64,000 nucleotides of DNA, taken from the IMG/VR virus record IMGVR_UViG_3300021141_000706; one strand, given 5' to 3'. Below the pieces are notes generated by a model, which saw only the letters and a list, made by a program, of their open reading frames with translations, searched no databases and had not been told where the DNA came from. Positions 40,422 through 48,404 of the stretch are shown one piece after another; position 1 is the stretch's first letter, and every line of letters starts with the position of its first letter. The DNA is from a virus. The translations under genes and the position numbers were made by a program.

Positions 40422-40653
40422 TCGTGTTGTTATTGTGACACGAGCTTATGAGGATCTTAAATATCGAGTAGGTTCGGTGGTTGCTGCTAAAGATACACTG
40501 GAATTTAACTCATATAGAGTTGAACTAGATTTATATCCAAGTGGATATCAATTAAAACAACATTTAATACCTATTATTTTTGCTGAAGAAGAACTTCAGT
40601 TTGAAGATACATCTAAAGAAAGAGATTGGAAGTTAAAACAAGTTCTAAAATGA
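40297..40653 (+). CDS. SH3/KOW-like protein with C-terminal tag (start uncertain)
   Basis: KFSKGDRVVI...YRVELD...FAEEEL; ends KERDWKLKQVLK. Confidence 0.5.
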   Translation: MPIIFMKKLKHLVLTLIQKSKRKQKTSQLLDIEISLKFSKGDRVVIVTRAYEDLKYRVGSVVAAKDTLEFNSYRVELDLYPSGYQLKQHLIPIIFAEEELQFEDTSKERDWKLKQVLK

Positions 40654-40964
40654 TAAAAAAAATACTTTCTATATTCAAAAATAAAGAAGAAGAAATTTAT
40701 GGTTTTGTTAAATATAACAGAGGTGATGAAGTCAAAGTAACTATTTACTCTGAGGTGCCAGAATTTTGGTATATTGGTAAAGTATTAGATATTAATGCTC
40801 GTTATGTTCTGCCAGATATTAAACAAAGTTGGAAAGTAGAATATTATGTTTCATTTAAGAATAGTAAAGGAAGTGAACTAAGATACTGGTTCTTAGAATC
40901 AGAATTAAGAAAGTACTCTTTACAAGAAGAAAGAAATTCAAGAATAGACCAATTGTTAAATTAA
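40650..40964 (+). CDS. SH3/KOW-like protein with C-terminal tag
   Basis: KYNRGDEVKV...YYVSF...WFLESEL; ends EERNSRIDQLLN. Confidence 0.6.
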   Translation: MIKKILSIFKNKEEEIYGFVKYNRGDEVKVTIYSEVPEFWYIGKVLDINARYVLPDIKQSWKVEYYVSFKNSKGSELRYWFLESELRKYSLQEERNSRIDQLLN

Positions 40965-40982
40965 AACTTAATATATAAGTCT

Positions 40983-41345
40983 ATGAAGAAAATGAGTGAA
41001 TTAATCAAAGAAAGTGTAGGTTATGTAGGAGTTGGTTGTCAAAGCCTTAATTCTGAGTTAATATACTTGACAGAAGGTGGTAATCAGGTTGGGAGTCTTG
41101 TACTTATTTATAACGAAAATACAGCTTCTATTTTTTCAGTAGAAGTTCTAAATAAACATAGAGGAAAAGGATATGGTAAGAAATTAGTAGTTGAGGCTAT
41201 TAGTAGAGCTAAGTCTAAAGGTTCATATGTTTTAGAGTTAAATACAGAAACAGATAATACTGTTGCTAATAATCTTTATCAATCTTTAGGATTTGAATTA
41301 AGAGGATTAAAAGATGATTTTAATAATTACATAAAAACATTATAA
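40983..41345 (+). CDS. GNAT acetyltransferase with capsid-targeting-like leader
   Basis: HRGKGYGKKL, NTVANNLYQSLGF; MKKMSELIKES; late motif at 40969. Confidence 0.88.
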   Translation: MKKMSELIKESVGYVGVGCQSLNSELIYLTEGGNQVGSLVLIYNENTASIFSVEVLNKHRGKGYGKKLVVEAISRAKSKGSYVLELNTETDNTVANNLYQSLGFELRGLKDDFNNYIKTL

Positions 41346-41348
41346 AAG

Positions 41349-41376
41349 AAAAGAGAGTCAAATGACTCTCTTTTTT
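41349..41376. terminator. Bidirectional intrinsic terminator
   Basis: AAAAGAGAGTCA-AA-TGACTCTCTTTT. Confidence 0.8.
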
Positions 41377-41398
41377 GTTATTGCTAGACTTTTTTTGC

Positions 41399-41776
41399 TT
41401 ATTTTTTAAGACCTAAAGCTTGTCTTGTCATTTCTCTAAGATGTTCAATACTTTCATCTCTTTTTTGTAGCTCCTGATAAATACTTGCTACTTCTTTATT
41501 ATATCCGTCATATAATTTATCACAACGGCTATCTAACTTTCTATCTAAGTCATTGTAAACATTAGACACTGAGTTATCAAACTCTACTAATCTATTGTTT
41601 ATGTTTTGTACCTCAGCAATTAAGGCATTTTGTAGATTTGTAATGTCTACTACATTGTCTTTAACAACTTGTCTTAACTTTCTCACAACCACAACCAAGT
41701 AAGCTATAGAGCCTACGACCGCAACTGACAAAAGAGTAATCAAAACTGTTACTAAAATTAATTGTAAATTTTCCAT
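41399..41776 (-). CDS. Membrane-anchored coiled-coil protein
   Basis: N-terminal hydrophobic helix then heptads. Confidence 0.6.
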   Translation of the reverse strand: MENLQLILVTVLITLLSVAVVGSIAYLVVVVRKLRQVVKDNVVDITNLQNALIAEVQNINNRLVEFDNSVSNVYNDLDRKLDSRCDKLYDGYNKEVASIYQELQKRDESIEHLREMTRQALGLKK

Positions 41777-41778
41777 TT

Positions 41779-42252
41779 TTAATTGTTTATTTTTTGTTGT
41801 CTAGCAATTTCTTTTTCTTTTTCTAATTCTTCTGGATGAAGTAAACCTCTTCCATAGACTTTAAATCTATCTGAGTATCTTAGTTTAACTCTATCTGAAA
41901 TAGGAATGGGTGATCCTTCTCCATCAAGTTTAACGAATACCATTTTTGTTGAACAAACCAATTCTTGTTTACCAGTATGAACATTATGTTTTCTTGCCTC
42001 AAGATTGATAGTGATTGATGTTGTTCCAAATTTATCAACCGAAGCATAAATTTTGATAAGGTTACCTACTCTAACAGGGCTTTGAAAAACTACTTCTTCT
42101 ATTTTCATTGTGACCATTTTATCCGAGTCACATATTTGACAAGCGTATGCCGCTGCTGCTTCATCTAAAAATGACATCATATTACCACCAAAGAGATTAC
42201 CGTGAACTCCTAAGTCTAATGCCATACAAATTTTTGTTGTTACTAATTCCAT
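41779..42252 (-). CDS. Acyl-CoA thioesterase (hotdog fold)
   Basis: DLGVHGNLFGGNMMSFLDEAA, PVRVG, GTTSI. Confidence 0.88.
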   Translation of the reverse strand: MELVTTKICMALDLGVHGNLFGGNMMSFLDEAAAAYACQICDSDKMVTMKIEEVVFQSPVRVGNLIKIYASVDKFGTTSITINLEARKHNVHTGKQELVCSTKMVFVKLDGEGSPIPISDRVKLRYSDRFKVYGRGLLHPEELEKEKEIARQQKINN

Positions 42253-42254
42253 AA

Positions 42255-42755
42255 TTACTTTAATATTTCTTCTAATTTATTATCTCTTTCTTCGTACTTC
42301 TCTGTTATATCAGCATATCTTAATCTATATGATGTGCTTAGATTTACTAGATCTACATATTTTATAATTGAAAAGAGCACAAATGTTTTCCATCTTCTCT
42401 TTTCAAAAAAATCATTAACTAAATCTTCGGATTCAAATTCTTTTGTTTCAGCATTATATTGTTTTGAAACTATTTTATTATCAACTACTTTCATTATATG
42501 AAATGATGGCATCGAAGTAACATAAGAAATTTTAGTCCAATGTTTATCTAAAAATTGACCTAACCATAATGATGGATCAACTGTAGCCATTCTAACATTA
42601 CTATTATCACTACCCATTCTAAAGCAGTTATCAATTAGTATTTTAATACCTTCAAGATTATTCTCACCAATAGGATAAACTGATATACTTTTTGGATCCG
42701 TATTCGTTAGTTGAGTCGGTCCATTTAAATTTTTTATAAAGTCTTTGAATATCAT
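42255..42755 (-). CDS. Hypothetical protein with C-terminal tag
   Basis: Ends EERDNKLEEILK. Confidence 0.6.
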   Translation of the reverse strand: MIFKDFIKNLNGPTQLTNTDPKSISVYPIGENNLEGIKILIDNCFRMGSDNSNVRMATVDPSLWLGQFLDKHWTKISYVTSMPSFHIMKVVDNKIVSKQYNAETKEFESEDLVNDFFEKRRWKTFVLFSIIKYVDLVNLSTSYRLRYADITEKYEERDNKLEEILK

Positions 42756-42757
42756 AT

Positions 42758-43435
42758 TTATTTTATGTAATAATATAGTTTAAGTTTATCTCCCCAGGAG
42801 ACATCAACGACAAATTCTTCTTTTAATATCTTACAAGATTTATTTTCGTGTGATGTAATAAAGTGACAGCCTTTTGACAGCCTATTAAATATATCAGACC
42901 TCATATCATAATCAAAACAAACATCATTCATAAAAACAATAGAACCCATTGATAAATCAAAATCTTTTACATCTTTTTCAATGAAAAAAATTGATTTATG
43001 TTCTGGTAAAACTTCTTCTTTAATAGACTTAGCATATCTAAGTCTTTGTGGAACTATTTCAATACCAACAAATGTTTTTATATCAGACTTAATAGCAGTA
43101 TGTATAATTAATTTACCACAACCACAACCAATATCTACGAAAACATCTTTATCAGATACTTTTTTATATTTATTGATTTTATTTATGATTTCATCAACAC
43201 CATTTCTAAGAATCTCACCATATGTAAAATTATTATTATAATTTCCTTTATATGTGAAGTGTTTATTGATATTTGTATCTCTTTTAGTAAAATTTTCTAA
43301 TTTGAATTTGTCTTCAGATGAATAGTTATCCCAAACACCTAAAGACACACAAATAGATTTAATACTAAATAAGTTATGCTTATAAAGTTGATCTAATTTA
43401 GAATTGTCTAATAATAATTTAAGTTCCTTGTCCAT
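42758..43435 (-). CDS. Class I SAM-dependent methyltransferase, DOT1-like
   Basis: TYGEI, FVDIGCGCGK, GIEI, FMNDVCF, VSW. Confidence 0.75.
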   Translation of the reverse strand: MDKELKLLLDNSKLDQLYKHNLFSIKSICVSLGVWDNYSSEDKFKLENFTKRDTNINKHFTYKGNYNNNFTYGEILRNGVDEIINKINKYKKVSDKDVFVDIGCGCGKLIIHTAIKSDIKTFVGIEIVPQRLRYAKSIKEEVLPEHKSIFFIEKDVKDFDLSMGSIVFMNDVCFDYDMRSDIFNRLSKGCHFITSHENKSCKILKEEFVVDVSWGDKLKLYYYIK

Positions 43436-43841
43436 ATTTAACAATCTCAATTTTAGCCTCTCTTAAAAAATCTAAGCCAGAGGTGTCTTTATAGTCTTCA
43501 ATGTAGACTAATCGTTTTATTCCAGATTGTAGTATAAGTTTAGAACAATCTCTACAAGGAGAATGTGTTTGATATAAAGTACTACCCTCACAAGAATGAC
43601 CATGTTTAGCACACTTTAGAATAGCATTAGCTTCACCGTGAATAACATACCAATTAGTATCACCATCACCATTCTCACAAGAGTTATCAAAGCCTGTTGG
43701 TGTTCCATTATAACCATCAGATATAATCATTCCGTTCTTAACTATTAGGGCACCTACTTGTTTTCTACTACAATGTGAAAGTTTAGCCCACTCTGTAGCC
43801 ATATTCAAATAAGTTCTATCGTATCTTTCTTCCTTAGTCAT
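43419..43841 (-). CDS. dCMP deaminase
   Basis: SHCSRKQVGA, GYNGTP, HGEANAI, SPCRDC. Confidence 0.95.
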   Translation of the reverse strand: MTKEERYDRTYLNMATEWAKLSHCSRKQVGALIVKNGMIISDGYNGTPTGFDNSCENGDGDTNWYVIHGEANAILKCAKHGHSCEGSTLYQTHSPCRDCSKLILQSGIKRLVYIEDYKDTSGLDFLREAKIEIVKYGQGT

Positions 43842-43983
43842 TTTTAAATAGTTTATTTATTTTATATTTTCTAACCTCGTTTCTTTCCAGACCTAACATT
43901 TTAATTATCCAATCTATTGAAAAGTATGGAGTATTATATGATTTAATCATATCAGACATTATTTTCATTCTATCCTTATTCAT
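43834..43983 (-). CDS. Mini-protein (49 aa): portal (gp20)-like fragment plus tag; not in ORF track
   Basis: MNKDRMKIMSDMIKSYNTPYFSIDWIIKMLGLERNEVRKYKINKLFKND; 8-nt overlaps at both ends. Confidence 0.6.
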   Translation of the reverse strand: MNKDRMKIMSDMIKSYNTPYFSIDWIIKMLGLERNEVRKYKINKLFKND

Positions 43984-44128
43984 TGAATAATTTATTAATT
44001 TTTTTCTTTCTTATAAGTTTTCTAACACTATCTTTATATACCTTATTAAAGGCTTCTTTTGGATATATTCTACCATTGTGTTTATCATAGGCTTTTTGTA
44101 TAACACCTTCTAGAATATACTTACTCAT
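43976..44128 (-). CDS. Mini-protein (50 aa): prohead protease (gp21)-like fragment plus tag
   Basis: MSKYILEGVIQKAYDKHNGRIYPKEAFNKVYKDSVRKLIRKKKINKLFNE; start revised to 44128. Confidence 0.72.
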   Translation of the reverse strand: MSKYILEGVIQKAYDKHNGRIYPKEAFNKVYKDSVRKLIRKKKINKLFNE

Positions 44129-44294
44129 CTGGAAATAACTTTTTAATTTTTTCTTTTCTACTACCTCTTTTAAAATCATTTATAACATCAGCAACAGCAG
44201 GTGAAACAACCATATAATTAGCACTACCTTTAGTAGATGCTTTATGAATCATTTCAGATGCCTTTAATAATTTATTAATTAGTTCTTTACTCAT
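44121..44294 (-). CDS. Mini-protein (57 aa): major capsid (gp23)-like fragment plus tag; not in ORF track
   Basis: MSKELINKLLKASEMIHKASTKGSANYMVVSPAVADVINDFKRGSRKEKIKKLFPDE. Confidence 0.75.
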   Translation of the reverse strand: MSKELINKLLKASEMIHKASTKGSANYMVVSPAVADVINDFKRGSRKEKIKKLFPDE

Positions 44295-45072
44295 GTGTTA
44301 TTCTTATATTAGTTTTCACACTCCAATCTTTTGGTAAATGTTTACACTCATTATGTTCTAAGAAGTGTGATCTCCACATCTCTATAAAACTTTGTATATT
44401 ATCTATCTTAGACATAACAACTTCACCGTGGGTCTTTTTAATAACCATTGTTTTTATTTTAGATATCTTCTCTAATCTTCTACAATCTAACCTTTTAATA
44501 CCAAAGTAATCTTTAATCTTCTTTTTCATCAGATTAATTTTATCTTTAGGTATAGTAATATCTGGATTAAGTAAAGCAATTGATATCTTCACATAAGTTA
44601 TTAACTCTTTACTATCACTACATAATTCACCGTTCAAAGGTATTTGATACTCTTCGCCAATTTTGTTTTTTAACTCATCTGCTTTTCTTTCATAAGAATC
44701 ATGACAATCAGCACATAATGAAAGAACATCGTGGAAGTTATGAGATTTTAATTCCATCGGAAAGTATCTACGATAACAGTAAGGCACAACGTGGTGTCTA
44801 GTAAGATATTCTTCATTACCACAAGTAACACAGCGATTACCCATTTCAGATAAACCGAATGATTTATTATGATTACCTAAACCTCTTGGTTCAAATTTCA
44901 ATTTAACTATTAATGGTGATTCTGATACAATCTCACCTAAATTTCTATTAAGATACCACTTGGCTTTTTTCTCGTCACATCTAAACATCAAAATCCCACC
45001 CGGAGATAGGACTTGACAGTTTCCATAAATTTTTCGGTCTTTCTCTACACCATATGATGTAACTCTACCCAT
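44287..45072 (-). CDS. HNH-like nuclease resembling the EXD2 C-terminal domain
   Basis: YGNCQVLSP, KAKWYL, CVTCG..LTRHHVVPYCYR..KSHNFHDVLSLCADCH. Confidence 0.75.
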   Translation of the reverse strand: MGRVTSYGVEKDRKIYGNCQVLSPGGILMFRCDEKKAKWYLNRNLGEIVSESPLIVKLKFEPRGLGNHNKSFGLSEMGNRCVTCGNEEYLTRHHVVPYCYRRYFPMELKSHNFHDVLSLCADCHDSYERKADELKNKIGEEYQIPLNGELCSDSKELITYVKISIALLNPDITIPKDKINLMKKKIKDYFGIKRLDCRRLEKISKIKTMVIKKTHGEVVMSKIDNIQSFIEMWRSHFLEHNECKHLPKDWSVKTNIRITHE

Positions 45073-45075
45073 TTA

Positions 45076-45633
45076 TTAAGCGATATGTTTGTCGATTTGT
45101 TGAATGTTTAATTCTACCAAAGTTTTTCTACCAAAGATTAAAACAGCAATCTTAACCTTATCACCATCAATGTTTTCAACATCACCAGTGAATGAATTAA
45201 AAGGACCATCTAAGATTTTAACTTCTTCGCCTATGATGAATCTGTTTGTAGATTCCTGTTCAACAGCTACTTGTTCTTGTACACCAATCATTCTTTCTAC
45301 TTCTTTAAGAGAAAGTACTTGAGGTTTTTTAGCTCTATCTGAAAGTAAACCAGTGGCACCATCACAACCTTTAACAAAGTGTGCTAATTCTCCAATTGAT
45401 ATTGTTTCAACAAAAATATAACCAGGGTACATAACTTTTTCTCTGGTAACTTTCTTACCGTCTTTTAAGTGGAAGCTTTTTTCAGTAGGTACTAAAACTC
45501 TACTAATAGCACCCATCAAGTCACCTTTTTCAGATTCTTTTCTTAACTTTTCGGCTACAGAACGCTCACGATTAGATTGTGCTCTAACGATGTACCACTT
45601 CATTGTTGTTTCTTTTTCCATTGTTGTATTCAT
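45076..45633 (-). CDS. nusG: Transcription termination/antitermination factor NusG
   Basis: KWYIV..SNRE, YPGYIFVE, KOW GEEVKILDGPF, IFGRKTLVEL. Confidence 0.93.
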   Translation of the reverse strand: MNTTMEKETTMKWYIVRAQSNRERSVAEKLRKESEKGDLMGAISRVLVPTEKSFHLKDGKKVTREKVMYPGYIFVETISIGELAHFVKGCDGATGLLSDRAKKPQVLSLKEVERMIGVQEQVAVEQESTNRFIIGEEVKILDGPFNSFTGDVENIDGDKVKIAVLIFGRKTLVELNIQQIDKHIA

Positions 45634-45642
45634 ATTTTTAAT

Positions 45643-46038
45643 TTAATTTCCTTTTTCTATTTGTTTGTAATATTTGAGTTCTTCTTTAATGAAGTCGATA
45701 TGATGTTCAATTAGATAATCTAAATCAATATCTTTTATTTTAAGTTTTTGTAAAAGAAGTTTGTAATCCTTATCAATGATCTCAGACTTTTCGCCTTTCT
45801 CACTCTTAGACCAAAACCAATTTGGATAAGGTTGCTTTAACATAAACTGATACCATAAATTCATGGCGGTTATCTTATCTATTGATTTTAGGTTAAGAAG
45901 TTGAGCCTTTTCGGGAAATTTTTTAGCAAAGTAACGGTTGAAGATAAAGAAGCAAGACTCCTTTTCTTCATCCGGTACATTTACCCAATCACTCTTTTTA
46001 TAGAACATTGCGTTCCCTACAAGTTTCAAATCCGCCAT
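45643..46038 (-). CDS. Hypothetical protein
   Basis: 131 aa, coupled to RNase H gene. Confidence 0.6.
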   Translation of the reverse strand: MADLKLVGNAMFYKKSDWVNVPDEEKESCFFIFNRYFAKKFPEKAQLLNLKSIDKITAMNLWYQFMLKQPYPNWFWSKSEKGEKSEIIDKDYKLLLQKLKIKDIDLDYLIEHHIDFIKEELKYYKQIEKGN

Positions 46039-47012
46039 TATCTTAATACTGAATAACCAGTTTCCATTTTGTTAATAATCTCATCTGGTAAATTGTGTAA
46101 TCTTAAATCGATTAATCTCATATTACCTTTAATGTTTTCTACAATTGATTCAATTTGAGTTTTACTTAACTTTTTCTTTTCACAGATTAAGTCAGCTATA
46201 TTCTCATATAAATCTGGATCGCCTAAGTTTACTTCACCAAACTCTTGTAGATATTCGTCATAAATTGTTTTAGCTCCTTTATCACCAATACCTCTTTTCT
46301 TTCCATTCTTAGTAACAGACCAAACAGAGCCGATATTATCTGAAGTATCACCTGAAATGACTTTAATCATTAAAGATTCAACTGGGTCAATTTCGTTGAT
46401 TTCATACTTGTTAATAAATCTATCAAGTAATAATAAGAAGTCTGTATTATCATTTAGACTAAAAATATCGTCACTTGGTAGTTTAGATACTTTATTCAAA
46501 AAGACTTGATAGTTTCTTGGTAAAAAGAGTTTTTCTTTATTATACATTTCATTAGTCATAATGTTAATGTACAATGGATCCAAACCATAGTTAACAATTT
46601 GTTTAATATCATAGTCATTTGAAACTATGATTGCTGATCTTCCTTCTTTATTAGCTTTAGTAACTAAGAATGAAATCCAGTCATCACCTTCAACATGAGG
46701 TGCTTCTAAAATTTTCACTAAATCTCTCATAGAATCTTTGAATTCACCGTAAGCGTTATAAACGAATTGCCAGTCAATATCAGAATCTTTTTTACGAGTA
46801 GCTTTGTAAGCAGTGGTTAATTGTTTTCTCCAAGATTTCTCTTTGGAATCAGAGACAAGATAAACATTAGCAAATGGGTACCACTTTCTATAATTGTTTA
46901 TTGTATTCTCTAATGACTTATGTAGTGCGCCGAACAATAAATTGTTCTTGTGTAGTGTGAATGTATTCTTACTTAGAATATAATTACCATCTATTATTAA
47001 ATCACATATCAT
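46038..47012 (-). CDS. rnh: 5'-3' exonuclease / T4 RNase H-like flap nuclease
   Basis: IIDGN, SWRK..YKATR, EGDD, SNDYDIKQ, GDTSDNI. Confidence 0.88.
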   Translation of the reverse strand: MICDLIIDGNYILSKNTFTLHKNNLLFGALHKSLENTINNYRKWYPFANVYLVSDSKEKSWRKQLTTAYKATRKKDSDIDWQFVYNAYGEFKDSMRDLVKILEAPHVEGDDWISFLVTKANKEGRSAIIVSNDYDIKQIVNYGLDPLYINIMTNEMYNKEKLFLPRNYQVFLNKVSKLPSDDIFSLNDNTDFLLLLDRFINKYEINEIDPVESLMIKVISGDTSDNIGSVWSVTKNGKKRGIGDKGAKTIYDEYLQEFGEVNLGDPDLYENIADLICEKKKLSKTQIESIVENIKGNMRLIDLRLHNLPDEIINKMETGYSVLR

Positions 47013-47067
47013 TGGATTTTATTAATTTTATTTTTATACTAAAATAAAGATGGTTTGTTTTTCTAAT

Positions 47068-47490
47068 CTATTTAAGAATCTCTTTTATTTTTCTATCTCT
47101 TTCTAAAATTTTGAATTTAATTTCTAAATATTCTTCTATCTCTGAAGGTAAGTTAAGGTTATTCTTTTTTAACTCATCGTAAAAAGGTTTACCTAAAACA
47201 TTTAATGTTGAAATAGCAACAGCAAGATGTGGATCACCATAACCATCAACTTCAATATCTTCATCTAAAACATGATAAGTTGTTTTATTAATTGAGTAGT
47301 TCATAGTGCTACCGCCCCAAGTAAGATATTGACCAGATGATAATGTAGATGTTGTGATTGAAGAATTTGTACCAGATATGTTGATAACTCCAGAATTACC
47401 TACTGAGCTTGATATAGAAGGTGTTCCAAATACTGGAGCACCTATTGCGCTTGTGTGAACTGTTTGTCCGGCTATGTTTACGAATCCCAT
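47068..47490 (-). CDS. Hypothetical protein with S/T/G-rich N-terminus and C-terminal tag
   Basis: Ends LERDRKIKEILK. Confidence 0.6.
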   Translation of the reverse strand: MGFVNIAGQTVHTSAIGAPVFGTPSISSSVGNSGVINISGTNSSITTSTLSSGQYLTWGGSTMNYSINKTTYHVLDEDIEVDGYGDPHLAVAISTLNVLGKPFYDELKKNNLNLPSEIEEYLEIKFKILERDRKIKEILK

Positions 47491-47495
47491 AGGAA

Positions 47496-47520
47496 TTATA
47501 TAAACATCATATAGAAAGTT
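47496..47520 (-). promoter_or_regulatory. Candidate middle promoter AACTT-N15-TATAA
   Basis: 5 nt before ATG 47490. Confidence 0.5.
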
Positions 47521-48065
47521 TAGATAATCTTACTAATTTGAATATGGCGATAAAGACTTTGAAACTCTTCTCTTATTTCTTCTTTGTATTCATATGAATA
47601 ATTATTTGAAAAATAATCATATTCTTTTCTCTCTACTTTCTTACTAATTGATTCATAATTGGCTTTAACTTTATCAAAGCAGTTTTCTTTATCAGTCCAC
47701 TTAACCATATTGTTAATTAAGTCAAAGTCAATCTTTTTGAATCCGTCAAAAAACTCAACTTGAGCATGTGAGTATAGATAGTGTCTAATAACTTTATCAT
47801 AATAATCTTCTTCTAAAACTCCTTTAGGATTTGATAACTCTGTTGTTGTAAAGTAAAACTCAACACCTATGTTTATTAAATGTTTAACTAATTTTACTAT
47901 TGCGTTTGAAACTCTATTGTCTAAAAAAACATAAACTATATCATCCTCAACAAAACAAACCGGTATATGTTCATATTTTTTGAACATAACAAATTTACCT
48001 TTAACAACCCAAGTAGGATTGACTAAAGGTCTAAATTTATCTGGTATTAAGTTATTTAAGTCCAT
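47520..48065 (-). CDS. Hypothetical protein with degenerate C-terminal tag
   Basis: Ends LYRHIQISKII. Confidence 0.6.
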   Translation of the reverse strand: MDLNNLIPDKFRPLVNPTWVVKGKFVMFKKYEHIPVCFVEDDIVYVFLDNRVSNAIVKLVKHLINIGVEFYFTTTELSNPKGVLEEDYYDKVIRHYLYSHAQVEFFDGFKKIDFDLINNMVKWTDKENCFDKVKANYESISKKVERKEYDYFSNNYSYEYKEEIREEFQSLYRHIQISKII

Positions 48066-48381
48066 TCTCTTTTAATATCTTCAAAAATAATCTTTTTTGT
48101 TTTTCTCTGGTTTGACCATTACCTTCATCACGATAATAACCTTGGTCTTTGTTTGGAGAGTATTTTACTTTGTGTTTAGTGTCCCACTTTGTAGTGGTGT
48201 GAGTTTTAGCTCTAAAGTGTATTTCAGTTCCGATATAAATTGCTATAGTAGGTCTTTGATGATTAATGTCATTAACATCTCTAAATCCTCGCCACCACCT
48301 ATTGGTACAAACAGCGCGAGACATTCTACGAATGACTATTCGTTCTTCCATATACCTACGCCATGCTCTATTTCGGATCAT
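48052..48381 (-). CDS. Basic hypothetical early protein
   Basis: Arg-rich; TATCTTTG (48386-48393) 4 nt before ATG. Confidence 0.55.
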   Translation of the reverse strand: MIRNRAWRRYMEERIVIRRMSRAVCTNRWWRGFRDVNDINHQRPTIAIYIGTEIHFRAKTHTTTKWDTKHKVKYSPNKDQGYYRDEGNGQTREKQKRLFLKILKENGLK

Positions 48382-48404
48382 CAGGCAAAGATAGTAAAAC
48401 TAAA

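Noticed and set aside
43976-44179. 67-aa ORF as given in the track (start 44179)
   Set aside because: The first 17 codons overlap the 44121-44294 mini-gene; the coupled ATG at 44128 fits better
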